Positions 38,182 to 47,308 of a DNA stretch of 64,000 bases are shown here, piece by piece (positions within the stretch are counted from its first letter, which is position 1; every line of letters begins with the position of its first letter). The stretch is from NCBI GenBank assembly GCA_031416315.1, contig JANOTL010000136.1, positions 1 to 64,000 of the forward strand. Reading direction: 5' to 3'. The stretch is from Pseudomonadota bacterium (lineage in GTDB: Bacteria; Bdellovibrionota_B; Oligoflexia; Oligoflexales; CAIYRB01). Both the position numbers and the translations under genes were made by a program. The notes under the pieces were generated by a model, which was not told where the DNA came from, did not search any database, and worked only from the letters and a program-made list of their open reading frames with translations.

Positions 38182-38814
38182 ATGCGCCACCCGAGCCGGC
38201 TGAAGACCGGAAACGAAGGCTGGCTCACGAGCTATGCCGACCTGATCACCAACCTGCTGATCTTCTTCGTCCTCATCATCTCGGCCTCGTCCATTCAGAC
38301 GGGCAAAATGGAGAAGATCGTCCAGCAGATCAGCCAGGGAAAACCCCCGGCCGACTCGCTCGCCGCCGCCGAGAAGAAGGTGAAGGCGGCGATCAAGGAG
38401 GAGAACCTCCAAGACGACGTGACCGTGCAGCTCACCGACGACGGCCTCGAGCTCTCGTTCGAGTCGGGCGTCGTCTTCGCCTCGGGCAGCGCCACGATCC
38501 TCCCGCAGATGGAGACGCCTTTGGCGAAGGTCTTGACCGTGTTGGAGCCATACGCGAAAAAGTACCGCTTCGCCGTCGAGGGTCACACCGACGAGACGCC
38601 GATCAGCTCGGGCAGCTTCAAGTCGAACTGGGAGCTGTCGAGCGCGCGTGCGATGCAGGTGCGCGAGCGTATCGAGCTGGTCGGCGTCGAGAAGCAGCGC
38701 ATCCGCGTCGAAGCCTATGGCGAGACCAAGTCGTTGCCGGCCGAGGCGCTGCAGGGCCTCGGGCGGGAAGACGTCCTGGCGAAGCACCGGCGCGTCGTCG
38801 TACGGCTTTACTAG
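38182..38814 (+). CDS. motB: MotB-family stator B subunit with OmpA-like PG-binding domain
   Basis: WLTSYADLITNLLIFFV (conserved Asp), VEGHTD, NWELSSARA, HRRV. Confidence 0.9.
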   Translation: MRHPSRLKTGNEGWLTSYADLITNLLIFFVLIISASSIQTGKMEKIVQQISQGKPPADSLAAAEKKVKAAIKEENLQDDVTVQLTDDGLELSFESGVVFASGSATILPQMETPLAKVLTVLEPYAKKYRFAVEGHTDETPISSGSFKSNWELSSARAMQVRERIELVGVEKQRIRVEAYGETKSLPAEALQGLGREDVLAKHRRVVVRLY

Positions 38815-38815
38815 C

Positions 38816-39565
38816 GTGCGCCGCCTTCTCTTCGCGCTCTTGGTGCTGATCGGCGTGCCGCTCACCGGCTGCGCCACGATGTTCAACTCCGGCGACGAGC
38901 TCGACGTGAGGTCTACGCCTGCCGGCGCCGACGTCGCCATCGACGAGCTCGAGCCAAGCTGCACGACGCCGTGCGCGATGGAGATCAAGCCCGATCGCTA
39001 CATGCTGCACATCCGGCTGAAGGGCTATAAGCCCGTCGACATTCAGCTGGTGAAGCGGATGTCGGGCTGGTTCTGGGCCAACTTCGCCGTCGGCCCGTAC
39101 GCCGTCATCGGCATGGGCGTGGACTGGCTCACCGGCTCCATCATGCGTCTCGATCCGAACGAGATCGACGTGAAGCTCGTGCCGATGGAGGCGGATAAGC
39201 CCAAGGTCGAGGAAGAGGAAGAGGAAGAGGAGGAAGAAGAGGAAGAGCAGGACGAGCCTGAGGCGCCGCCACCCCCGCCGAGCGGGACACCGCAAGTGCT
39301 GAAGGGCGACGAGCCGCCGCCGCCGAAGCCTGCCGATGAGCCGCCGCCCTTGCCGGCGTCGCCGGAGGTGAAAGCGCTAAAAGCCGGGACGCCCGAGCCG
39401 TACTTGGATCGGCAGATCGATCTCTACTACGGCGGTACGAGCGCGAAGAAGAAGGCCGTGCTGCGAAACCGGCTTTACCGGATCATGCTGGAGCAGCAGA
39501 AGAGTGGCGGGAGGGCGGATTTGGAGGAGGCGATTCGGGTGGAGAGGGAGAGGTTCGGGCCTTAG
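38816..39565 (+). CDS. PEGA-domain lipoprotein with poly-Glu/Pro-rich tail
   Basis: Lipobox LTGC; VRSTPAGADVAID..TTP..LKGY; run of Glu codons around 39205-39250. Confidence 0.75.
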   Translation: MRRLLFALLVLIGVPLTGCATMFNSGDELDVRSTPAGADVAIDELEPSCTTPCAMEIKPDRYMLHIRLKGYKPVDIQLVKRMSGWFWANFAVGPYAVIGMGVDWLTGSIMRLDPNEIDVKLVPMEADKPKVEEEEEEEEEEEEEQDEPEAPPPPPSGTPQVLKGDEPPPPKPADEPPPLPASPEVKALKAGTPEPYLDRQIDLYYGGTSAKKKAVLRNRLYRIMLEQQKSGGRADLEEAIRVERERFGP

Positions 39566-39626
39566 AGGGTGTCTAAAAGGGCGCGGGACGTAGGTTTACG
39601 GTCCCGCGCCTTTTTAGACTCCCTCT
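39564..39626. terminator. Long inverted repeat between convergent genes
   Basis: AGAGGGTGTCTAAAAGGGCGCGGGAC ... GTCCCGCGCCTTTTTAGACTCCCTCT. Confidence 0.7.
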
Positions 39627-40369
39627 TAGCAGGACCTCGTCCTTCCGGCCTCATCCCCGCACGTGATGACGTAGATCGTGCACTTGACCTCCGCCTCAAC
39701 TTCCAGATCCGGCCCCACCCCGATCTCTCGCCACCGCATTCCAGCCTTCACCAGCGCCCGCTTGAACTCCTCCGCATACGGCCGATTCTGATCGGCCGCC
39801 AAAGCCGTGCCTCCAGGCGCCAAGAGCTTGGTGAGTGCGTGGACCAGCGGCTCGCAGTTGCGCGCCTCGTAGATCAGATCCGAGCCGAGGATGAGCTCGA
39901 AGCGCTCGTCGGGCGGATCGCGCCAGTCGATCGCGGTGGTTCGGTAGTTGGCGAAGCCGTTGCGCTCGGCGTTCTCCGCGGCGAACCAGATCGCCGTCTC
40001 GTCGTAGTCGCTGAAGGTGACGTCGTACCCCGCCGCCAAGGCTGCCAGGCCCGGCAACCCAAGACCGCAGCCGAGCTCGAGCGCCCGCGCGCCCGGTCTT
40101 ATCGGCAGGTGCTGGCTCAGCACGTGCCGCGCCAAGAACTTGGCCGAAGCCCAAAGCGACGCCCAGTACGGCATGTACTCGTCGTGCTCGAACGCCTGAT
40201 GCACTTCCTCGAGGTCGAGCAGGTCGTCGGGCTCGCGCGGCTTGCGCAGGGAGAGCCGCGTCCCCGCGAACTCGAAGATTTCCTCGACGCAAGGCAGGGC
40301 CTTCGCCGTCGGATGCGCCGGCATCTTGAAGCGCGCGGGGCGCTCCCCTTTAGGATCCTGGGACGACAT
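39626..40369 (-). CDS. Class I SAM-dependent methyltransferase (Methyltransf_16-like, protein methyltransferase)
   Basis: PYWASLWASA, LELGCGLGLPG, SDYD, GSDLIYE. Confidence 0.85.
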   Translation of the reverse strand: MSSQDPKGERPARFKMPAHPTAKALPCVEEIFEFAGTRLSLRKPREPDDLLDLEEVHQAFEHDEYMPYWASLWASAKFLARHVLSQHLPIRPGARALELGCGLGLPGLAALAAGYDVTFSDYDETAIWFAAENAERNGFANYRTTAIDWRDPPDERFELILGSDLIYEARNCEPLVHALTKLLAPGGTALAADQNRPYAEEFKRALVKAGMRWREIGVGPDLEVEAEVKCTIYVITCGDEAGRTRSC

Positions 40370-41003
40370 GGAGAAACACGTCCTTGGCCGTCTGCCCGAC
40401 GGCGCGGGTGGCCGCCGCGTCGACGCCGGCGGAGACGAAGCCGCCGAAGAGCGGGATCGCGCGCCCAAAAAGCGCCGCGCCCTTCTCGCCGAGCTTCGTC
40501 ACGATGCGCTTCGACACCGCCTCGGCGACCTTCGCCGCGACGGCGTCGTTGATCTTCGTCGTCGCCTCGCCTTTCGGTAGGATGAAGAACGAGAGCCCGA
40601 CCTGCTGCAGGGTCGCACGCGCATCCTTCCCCGTCAGGCACACGAGCGCGAGGGCTCGCGACGCCGGCTGCGCCGGATCGAGCCCGCAGATGATCGCGGC
40701 CGCCGTCGCCAGCCGCAGCTGGATGAAGTAATTCGCCGCGAGATTCCCCGGGAGGCTGAAGGGCAGGACCAGGAGACCGCCCAACCCGGTGGCGAAGCCG
40801 ACGGATGCCGAGCGGAGCATCTCCGCCTGCATCAGCTTGTCGAGCTTCTCCGGCGCCTTGCCCGGCATCGTCAAATAAGGGGCCGCGAGCTCGACGGCCG
40901 AGACGTATCCCGGCACGCCGGTAAGGACGCGGTCTTGGAGGTAACCTAGGACCTTCACGACCGCCTGCGGATCGAGAAGGGAGAGCGCCAGCTTCGGAAT
41001 CAC
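40350..41003 (-). CDS. EcsC family protein
   Basis: GFATGLGGLLVLPFSLP, RAIPLFGGFVSAGVDAAATRAVG. Confidence 0.75.
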   Translation of the reverse strand: MIPKLALSLLDPQAVVKVLGYLQDRVLTGVPGYVSAVELAAPYLTMPGKAPEKLDKLMQAEMLRSASVGFATGLGGLLVLPFSLPGNLAANYFIQLRLATAAAIICGLDPAQPASRALALVCLTGKDARATLQQVGLSFFILPKGEATTKINDAVAAKVAEAVSKRIVTKLGEKGAALFGRAIPLFGGFVSAGVDAAATRAVGQTAKDVFLHVVPGS

Positions 41004-41830
41004 GGGAAGATCTCCTCGAGCACGTGGATTGCGCCGAAGCCCAAGCGCTCGAGCGTCGGTCGGAGCGCCTCGACGTCGGGGCCTTCGCGCGTGAAATATG
41101 CGAGCGGCGGCAAGGCCGCGCCCGAGACGTCGAGCGTGCCGAGGAGGCTCGCGACGCGCGCGGCAATCGCCTCCGCCGAATCGAGCCAGAGCACCCGATG
41201 CGGGGCGGCTTTGGCGAGCTCCTCCCGCAGCAGAGGAAAATGCGTGCAGCCGAGCACGCAGACGTCGACAGGCGCGCGGCCGGGAACGGCCGAGAAGAAC
41301 GGCGCGATCTCGGCGGCAATCGCCCGGAGGTCGACGGGCTCGCCGCGCAACTTCGCCTCGGCGGCGCCGACTAGGATGTTGGAGCCGACGCGGACCACGG
41401 TCTTTCCGGGCGCGTGCTCGGCGATCAGCTCGTCCATGTACCGGACGTTGACGGTGAGCGGCGTGGCGAGGAGCCCGATCGTTCCCGTGCGCGTCCTTTG
41501 CGCCGCCGGCTTCACCGCCGGGACGACGCCGACGATGGGGAACGCGTGCCGCTGCCGCAGCGCGGGCAGCACGACGGTGCTCGCGGTGTTGCAGGCGACG
41601 ATCAGAAGATCGAGCGGCTCGCGGGCGAGCACTCGGTCGACCGAAAGGACGACGCACCGTACGACGTCGTCTTCCGCGCGCAGCCCGTAGGGATAGTGGA
41701 GGTTGTCCGCGACGTAACGGAAACGGCAACTGGGCAAGCGCTCGCGCACGGCGGCAAGGACGGAGAGGCCGCCGACGCCGGAGTCGATGACGCCGATGGT
41801 CGGGGACCGCCTCGCTGGCGCGTGCGTCAC
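41000..41830 (-). CDS. murI: Glutamate racemase
   Basis: DSGVGGLSV, PYG, ACNTAST, LGCTHFP. Confidence 0.95.
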   Translation of the reverse strand: MTHAPARRSPTIGVIDSGVGGLSVLAAVRERLPSCRFRYVADNLHYPYGLRAEDDVVRCVVLSVDRVLAREPLDLLIVACNTASTVVLPALRQRHAFPIVGVVPAVKPAAQRTRTGTIGLLATPLTVNVRYMDELIAEHAPGKTVVRVGSNILVGAAEAKLRGEPVDLRAIAAEIAPFFSAVPGRAPVDVCVLGCTHFPLLREELAKAAPHRVLWLDSAEAIAARVASLLGTLDVSGAALPPLAYFTREGPDVEALRPTLERLGFGAIHVLEEIFP

Positions 41831-42672
41831 GCTTCGTTCCCGCCTCGCGCCCATGCCGTGACGATGAGCTGCTGGCGGCCGAGCTCGAAGCCCGGGAAAC
41901 GCGGATGACGCGCCGGCTCGGGCTTGGCCGGAGTCGTGCCGTCGTGAAGGCGCGTGTGGCGCAGGATTTTCAGGATCTTGCCGCGAAATTTCGCCAGCTT
42001 CTGGCCGCGGACGACCTCGATGCCGCCCATGCCGTGCCGTTTGACCGAGCGGCTCACGTGCAGGATGTCGCCGGAGCCGTCGCCCGTCGAGGCGAGGACC
42101 ATGACGACGTGCTTATGGAAAAGGATGATGTCCCCCGCACGCGCCGTGCGGGGGTCGTTGCCGACGTCGACGAGCGAGAGCTTGGCTTTGAGCTCGGCCG
42201 CGCTCGATCGGGTCAGCTCCTTCGTCGCCGCGTACGGGAACTTGAGGCCGGCGTCGCCGAAGACGCGGTTGGCGAAGTGAGTGCAGTCGATGCCGCATTC
42301 GCTGCAGACCGGGCATGCCTTCATCCGGCGCTCGACTTTGAGTTTCGGCTTCGCGTCGACGCACGCACGACAGGCGCTGCAGCTCGATTTCGCGCCGATC
42401 TTGCTGCCACCGTAGACATAGGGAACGTAGGTCATTTGCGCGTATTTGCTCATGACCTGCTCGAGCGCCACGCGCGGATCGTCGAAAGCGGCGGGCAGGG
42501 CGTCCTCGGCGGCAGGGAGGTCGTCGGCATCGAGCGCCGCGGGAAGCGGGATCGGATGGTGCTCGCCGCGGCTGGGGGCGGCGGCGGGGTCCAAGGTCTC
42601 GAACACGGCAAAAGCCGAGGAAGCACCGGCAACGAAGGCCAGCGTCGCGAACAGCATGCCAAACATTTTCAT
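41827..42672 (-). CDS. NlpC/P60 family secreted peptidase with Cys-rich insertion
   Basis: Signal peptide; VPYVYGG, GIDCTHF, GDIILF..HV, ILHVS. Confidence 0.8.
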   Translation of the reverse strand: MKMFGMLFATLAFVAGASSAFAVFETLDPAAAPSRGEHHPIPLPAALDADDLPAAEDALPAAFDDPRVALEQVMSKYAQMTYVPYVYGGSKIGAKSSCSACRACVDAKPKLKVERRMKACPVCSECGIDCTHFANRVFGDAGLKFPYAATKELTRSSAAELKAKLSLVDVGNDPRTARAGDIILFHKHVVMVLASTGDGSGDILHVSRSVKRHGMGGIEVVRGQKLAKFRGKILKILRHTRLHDGTTPAKPEPARHPRFPGFELGRQQLIVTAWARGGNEA

Positions 42673-42746
42673 GTTTACATTTCTCCCGTAAGCGCCGTTG
42701 AACACTGACGATATCATTGAATCTTGATCCATGCTAATGAAAAAGC

Positions 42747-43655
42747 ATGCAGTGGCGCCTGACAAAATCCGAGTCAAGCTCGCGTAACCCTTGGACGACA
42801 AGGTTTGCGCCGAGTCCGACCGGATTCTTGCATCGCGGGCACGTCGCGTCCGCGCTGTGCGTCTTCGGCATCGCGCGCGCGCTCGACGCCGAGGTCCTGC
42901 TCCGCATCGAGGACCACGACCGAGGTCGCGCCCGCAAAGCCTTCGAGGACGCCATCGACACGGATCTCGCTTGGCTGGGTTTAGTCGCCGCGCGGCGTGC
43001 GCGACAAAGCGATCACCCGGAGCGTTATGCTGCGGCGCTCGACGCCTTGGACGCAAGCCGGCTCCTCTACGGCTGCGACTGCAGCAGAAAGCGCCTGGCC
43101 CAAGGCCTGCAAGGCGAGCTTGCGAGCGAGCTCCGCTACGACGGTCAATGCCGCGAGCGCGGTCTCGATTGGCGCGACCCCACCGTCGGCGTGCGCGTGC
43201 GCCTCGAGGCCGAGCTCGTGAGCTTCGACGACGCGATCCTAGGGCCGCAGACGCAGTCTCCTGCTACGGAGTGCGGCGATCCCCTCCTCCGCGATCGGCA
43301 CGGCAACTTCACTTACCAGCTTTGCGTCGTCGTCGACGATCACCTCGAACGCGTCGGCCTCGTCGTCCGGGGCGCCGATCTGACGGCCTCGACCGGGCGG
43401 CAGATTCTCCTGGCGCGGCTGCTCGGGCGCACGGAGCCGCCGGCCTTCGCGCACCATCCTCTCCTCGTCGACCTCGAGGGCAAGAAGCTCGGCAAGCGCT
43501 TCTTCTCGGCGGCCGTCGCGCAGGAGCGCGCCGCGGGAGTTGCGCCCGAAAAGATTCTCGGCGAGGTTCTGCATCACTTGGGGCTCGCGGCCACGGCCGC
43601 GCCGCTCTCGACGGACGCGGCGCTCGCCGCGGTTGCGGCCGCCAGACGGAGTTGA
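42747..43655 (+). CDS. gluQ: Glutamyl-Q tRNA(Asp) synthetase (truncated GluRS paralog)
   Basis: TRFAPSPTGFLHRGH, LRIEDHD, CDCSRK, YQLCVVVDD, KLGK; no anticodon-binding domain. Confidence 0.88.
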   Translation: MQWRLTKSESSSRNPWTTRFAPSPTGFLHRGHVASALCVFGIARALDAEVLLRIEDHDRGRARKAFEDAIDTDLAWLGLVAARRARQSDHPERYAAALDALDASRLLYGCDCSRKRLAQGLQGELASELRYDGQCRERGLDWRDPTVGVRVRLEAELVSFDDAILGPQTQSPATECGDPLLRDRHGNFTYQLCVVVDDHLERVGLVVRGADLTASTGRQILLARLLGRTEPPAFAHHPLLVDLEGKKLGKRFFSAAVAQERAAGVAPEKILGEVLHHLGLAATAAPLSTDAALAAVAAARRS

Positions 43656-43656
43656 G

Positions 43657-44565
43657 ATGGCCGAGTTCGATTTCCTGGCAAAACTGCAGCGCCGCCTGCG
43701 GCGCACGACGCCGACGGGACGCCTCGTCGTGCCGCCGGGCGACGACGCCGCCCTCGTGCAGCTCGACGGCAATCAGCTCTTGTTTTGCTCCGACATGCTC
43801 TTGGAGGGCGTGCACTTCGACCTCGCCCGGGCGACGCCCGCGCTCGTGGGCCGGAAGGCGCTCGCGGTCAACCTGAGCGACATCGCGGCAATGGCAGGCA
43901 CGCCGCGCGCCGCCGTCGTGTCGCTCGCCCTGCCGCGTCAGGGCGGCGAGGCTCTGGGCGAAGGCGTGATGGAAGGCATCGCCGCGCTCGCTTCGGAGTT
44001 CGACGTCGCCGTTGCGGGCGGCGACACCACCGCCTGGGACGGCCCGCTCGTCGTCGACCTCGCGCTGACCGGCGAGCCGCACCCGCGCGGCAGCGTCCGC
44101 CGCGGCGGCGCCAAGCCTGACGACGTGATCTACGTCACCGGCCCGCTAGGCGGAAGTTTTCGCAGCGGACGGCATCTCTTGTTCACGCCGCGCGTCGCGG
44201 CCGCGCAGCTCTTGCACGGCGCCGTCGGCATCGCGGCGATGATCGACCTCAGCGACGGCCTCGCCGGAGACCTACGCCATGTGCTGACGGCGAGCGGCGT
44301 CGGCGCCGTCCTCGAGCACGCGGCGATTCCCGTGCACGCGGACGCCGCGGCGCGCGAGCAGGCGCTGACCGACGGCGAGGACTTCGAGCTCTGCTTCACG
44401 CTCAGGCCCGAGGCCGCGCTCCGCTTCGAGGCGCAACGCGCCGCGTTCGAGGCGAAGCTCGGCCTCGTTCCCGTGGCGATCGGCCGCGTCGTCGCGACGG
44501 CGGGGCTCGTCTTCTCTGACGGGAGCCCGATGCCCTCCGCAGGCTACGTGCACGCGCTCGGTTGA
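43657..44565 (+). CDS. thiL: Thiamine-phosphate kinase
   Basis: GDDAA, EGVHF, NLSDIAAM, GGDT, IDLSDGL, GEDFELCF. Confidence 0.93.
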   Translation: MAEFDFLAKLQRRLRRTTPTGRLVVPPGDDAALVQLDGNQLLFCSDMLLEGVHFDLARATPALVGRKALAVNLSDIAAMAGTPRAAVVSLALPRQGGEALGEGVMEGIAALASEFDVAVAGGDTTAWDGPLVVDLALTGEPHPRGSVRRGGAKPDDVIYVTGPLGGSFRSGRHLLFTPRVAAAQLLHGAVGIAAMIDLSDGLAGDLRHVLTASGVGAVLEHAAIPVHADAAAREQALTDGEDFELCFTLRPEAALRFEAQRAAFEAKLGLVPVAIGRVVATAGLVFSDGSPMPSAGYVHALG

Positions 44566-45086
44566 CCGGCGCGCACGCGGCTCGCCGCGAAAGACGGCGG
44601 CACGACGACGCGCTCGAGCACGATCTCCAAGCGTCGGCGCAGGGCCTGCATCTGCTTCATCTGCGAGCGCATCGACAGGGTCCCGTCGAAGCCGTACTCG
44701 ACGACCAGATGATCGCCGTCGGACTGGTCGGCGAAGAACCACAGATGCGCGACCGGCTCGCCGCCCTCGGGGGGCGAAAGCTTTTGGATCTTCCCGCGCC
44801 AATAGCGCCACTGCGCGTGCCCTGCCTCGCGGGTCGTCATCGTCAAGAGCGGCGTATTGAAGATCCGCACGAGACGATAGAGCCGCAAATCCGGCGTCAA
44901 CCGCGCCAGCTGCGCAAAGTTGAACCGATACGCGGCCCACTCCTGCGGGCTCGGGTCGTGCGCGAGAAAAGTCTCGTCCGCACGCGCCGTCCGCTCCGGC
45001 AAGGCCTGGTCACAAGGCGGCGCCGGCTCCGGCAGCCATTGCCAGCGCAACACGAGCTCGTTTTCTTGGATCAGCCCTAAAGTCAT
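44544..45086 (-). CDS. Hypothetical protein
   Basis: 180-aa ORF with plausible composition, divergent from an AT-rich promoter region. Confidence 0.55.
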   Translation of the reverse strand: MTLGLIQENELVLRWQWLPEPAPPCDQALPERTARADETFLAHDPSPQEWAAYRFNFAQLARLTPDLRLYRLVRIFNTPLLTMTTREAGHAQWRYWRGKIQKLSPPEGGEPVAHLWFFADQSDGDHLVVEYGFDGTLSMRSQMKQMQALRRRLEIVLERVVVPPSFAASRVRAGQPSACT

Positions 45087-45170
45087 CGTCGCAATTCCAT
45101 AGCGCAGCTTGGGGCCGTCACGCGCGGAGTAAAGAATTGCGATCGTAAACTATTGATATATTTATATAAA

Positions 45171-45779
45171 ATGGAAGTCCTCAGCGCGGCTGCCGCGGAC
45201 GCCGAGGACCCTCTCGACGATTTGGAGGTCACGAACGGCATGAACCAACAGTTTTTCAAGATCGCGGTCACGCGTTTAAGCCTCTTTCGCGCCTCCCGGC
45301 GCCCGCGCGCGATCCTCTCCGCCTTGGCCGACGCGACCGGCATTCCCGTGATGCGCCTCCTCGCCGCGGAGCGGCGCATGCGCGCCCTCGGCAGCCTCGC
45401 CCCCTTGAAAGAGTTGCTCCAGGACGAAGAGCTCTCGGAGCGCCACGGCCTGCGTTGGCAGGTCGGCCTCAACCAGAAACGCAAGGGCGAGAAGACCCCG
45501 CACGAGCTGGTCGCCTCCGTCGTGCGCCTGCGGATCCGCACCGCGCTCGGGAAAGTCGACATCATGGCCCGCGTCGAGGTGGCCCGCACGATTCTGCCTC
45601 TGCGTCGGCGCCGCCAAACCGCGCGCATCCTGATGATGTACCGCATCAGCCAGGGCGGCGAGGCCAAGGTCTATCATCAGACCCTGGCGCTAACGGGCGA
45701 GTCGGTCGCCGGCGTTCCGGTCAAGGACAAGCCCCGACGCTGGTTCGGCGGGGTCGTGCCGCGCACTCAGCACGCTTGA
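45171..45779 (+). CDS. Hypothetical protein (possible HTH-like segment)
   Basis: LSALADATGIPVMRLLAAE resembles an XRE helix-turn-helix; basic C-terminal region. Confidence 0.5.
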   Translation: MEVLSAAAADAEDPLDDLEVTNGMNQQFFKIAVTRLSLFRASRRPRAILSALADATGIPVMRLLAAERRMRALGSLAPLKELLQDEELSERHGLRWQVGLNQKRKGEKTPHELVASVVRLRIRTALGKVDIMARVEVARTILPLRRRRQTARILMMYRISQGGEAKVYHQTLALTGESVAGVPVKDKPRRWFGGVVPRTQHA

Positions 45780-47273
45780 GGGAGTCAGAGGTCCCGAGCA
45801 CGCCAGCTTTCCCGCGAATTTGAGCCACGAGCGCGTCGCCGCCGAGTCGTAGTCGGCGACGCGCTCACAGGCGAAGTCGCCCGCGAGCAGGAAGCGGTCG
45901 TAGAACTTCGTCACGCCGTCTGCGCCGAGCGTTCGCCCGAGCTTCTCCGCCTTCTCGCTGCGCGTGACGACGAAGGAACAGCGCGACGACTTGGCAAAGG
46001 CCACGCTCGAGCGCCATGCGCCGTTGAGCTCGCCCAGCTCCGCGCTCAGAAAGAGCTCGACGCTCCGGCGCGAGTCGCTGGCATCGAAAGTAAAGCTCTC
46101 GCCGGCGACGGGAAGATTTTTTGCGTCGAGCGTGACGCGGAGCTTTTGGGTCAGCTTCGAGTCGCCGTACGTGTCGCGGAAGCCGAGGACGACCTTCTCC
46201 GTCTCTTTGTCCCAACCGCATTGCGCCGCCGGCATGAAGGGCAAATCAAGGCGGACACCGCGCTCGCCCTTGAACCACCCGGCGTCGCTCACCAGCGCGC
46301 CTTCTTCGTCCCACGCGCGCGCGGCGAGGGCCGTGGCGCCGATTGGCGCTTCCTGCGCCGTGAGCCGCAGCGCCTGCCAGTCGGCGACCGCGCCGGTCAT
46401 CCTGAAGAGCTGGAGCCCCGTGGCGCTCTCGCCCGGCTGTAAGACGCGGTAGCGAAGAAGGCTCCGCTCGTAATCGAGGTCCTTGATCTTGGTGAGCTTG
46501 CGGTCGACCTTACGGCCTGAGATGCGGCCCGTGAGGTCGAGCGCCGCGTGCTGCTTCCAACAGGAGCTCGCGAACGCGCTCGCCTCCTCGTTGGTGAACG
46601 GCTTGCCGTCGTAGCTCTGCGGCACGCCGCCGGGGCAGAGGACGCCGGTTCCGGCGCCGATCGAGACGTTGCCGAGACGCACGTTCGGCGCCAGCTTCAA
46701 AGCGAGGTTCCCCATCTTCGAGCCCTTGGCCTGCGACGCGGCGACGTAGAACGTCGCGAGGACGCCGACGACGAGCGCGGTCGTCACGACCGCGTCGGCG
46801 ACGTTGGCGCCAAAGGCCTTCGCATCGAACACTGAGAGCTGCGCAGGGATTGCATCGTTGGGGATCGCCGCGCCGCGGTTCGTCGCCGTCTCCGCGCCGA
46901 GCATCAGCGCCGCCATCGACGCGGGTGCTTCGCCCGTGTTCTGCACGCGCACGAGGGCGGGGAGAATGCCGGCGTCGAGGAGGTCCTCGATCAGCTCGCC
47001 TTCGATGTTGCTCGGCACGTAGCGCCAGTCGAGCGCTTCGAGCGCGCCGTTCATCTCGCCTTGGCCGAGCTGCCGGACGAAGCCCTCGAAAGGCAGGAGC
47101 GTCGGGTGGTAGAACGCGGCTGTGACGGTGAATGGTCCGGCCGTCGCCAAGCGCGGCGCGGCGCCGTCCAATTCGCGGGCCGCGGCCTCGGCGCGCTCGC
47201 GCTTGTTGCTCGAGACGCAGCCCGAGGCGACGACCGAGACGCTGAGACTCAAGGCCAGGACCCTTCTTTGCAC
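45690..47273 (-). CDS. Lipoprotein of unknown function
   Basis: Lipobox ASGC; internal hydrophobic segment. Confidence 0.65.
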   Translation of the reverse strand: MQRRVLALSLSVSVVASGCVSSNKRERAEAAARELDGAAPRLATAGPFTVTAAFYHPTLLPFEGFVRQLGQGEMNGALEALDWRYVPSNIEGELIEDLLDAGILPALVRVQNTGEAPASMAALMLGAETATNRGAAIPNDAIPAQLSVFDAKAFGANVADAVVTTALVVGVLATFYVAASQAKGSKMGNLALKLAPNVRLGNVSIGAGTGVLCPGGVPQSYDGKPFTNEEASAFASSCWKQHAALDLTGRISGRKVDRKLTKIKDLDYERSLLRYRVLQPGESATGLQLFRMTGAVADWQALRLTAQEAPIGATALAARAWDEEGALVSDAGWFKGERGVRLDLPFMPAAQCGWDKETEKVVLGFRDTYGDSKLTQKLRVTLDAKNLPVAGESFTFDASDSRRSVELFLSAELGELNGAWRSSVAFAKSSRCSFVVTRSEKAEKLGRTLGADGVTKFYDRFLLAGDFACERVADYDSAATRSWLKFAGKLACSGPLTPSSVLSARHDPAEPASGLVLDRNAGDRLAR

Positions 47274-47308
47274 GCGAAATCCTCCGCCTCACATGGTACA
47301 CCAGAGCC

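Noticed and set aside
37437..38814. Zorya (ZorAB) anti-phage system
   Set aside because: The MotA homolog is 246 aa without the long ZorA tail, and no ZorC/D/E-like helicase or nuclease genes are adjacent
25384..39565. Ordinary flagellar gene cluster or canonical Agl-Glt/Tol-Pal locus
   Set aside because: No export apparatus, rod, hook, FliM/N or flagellin genes. The B subunit has an OmpA-like domain (MotB-type), unlike ExbD/TolR/AglQS
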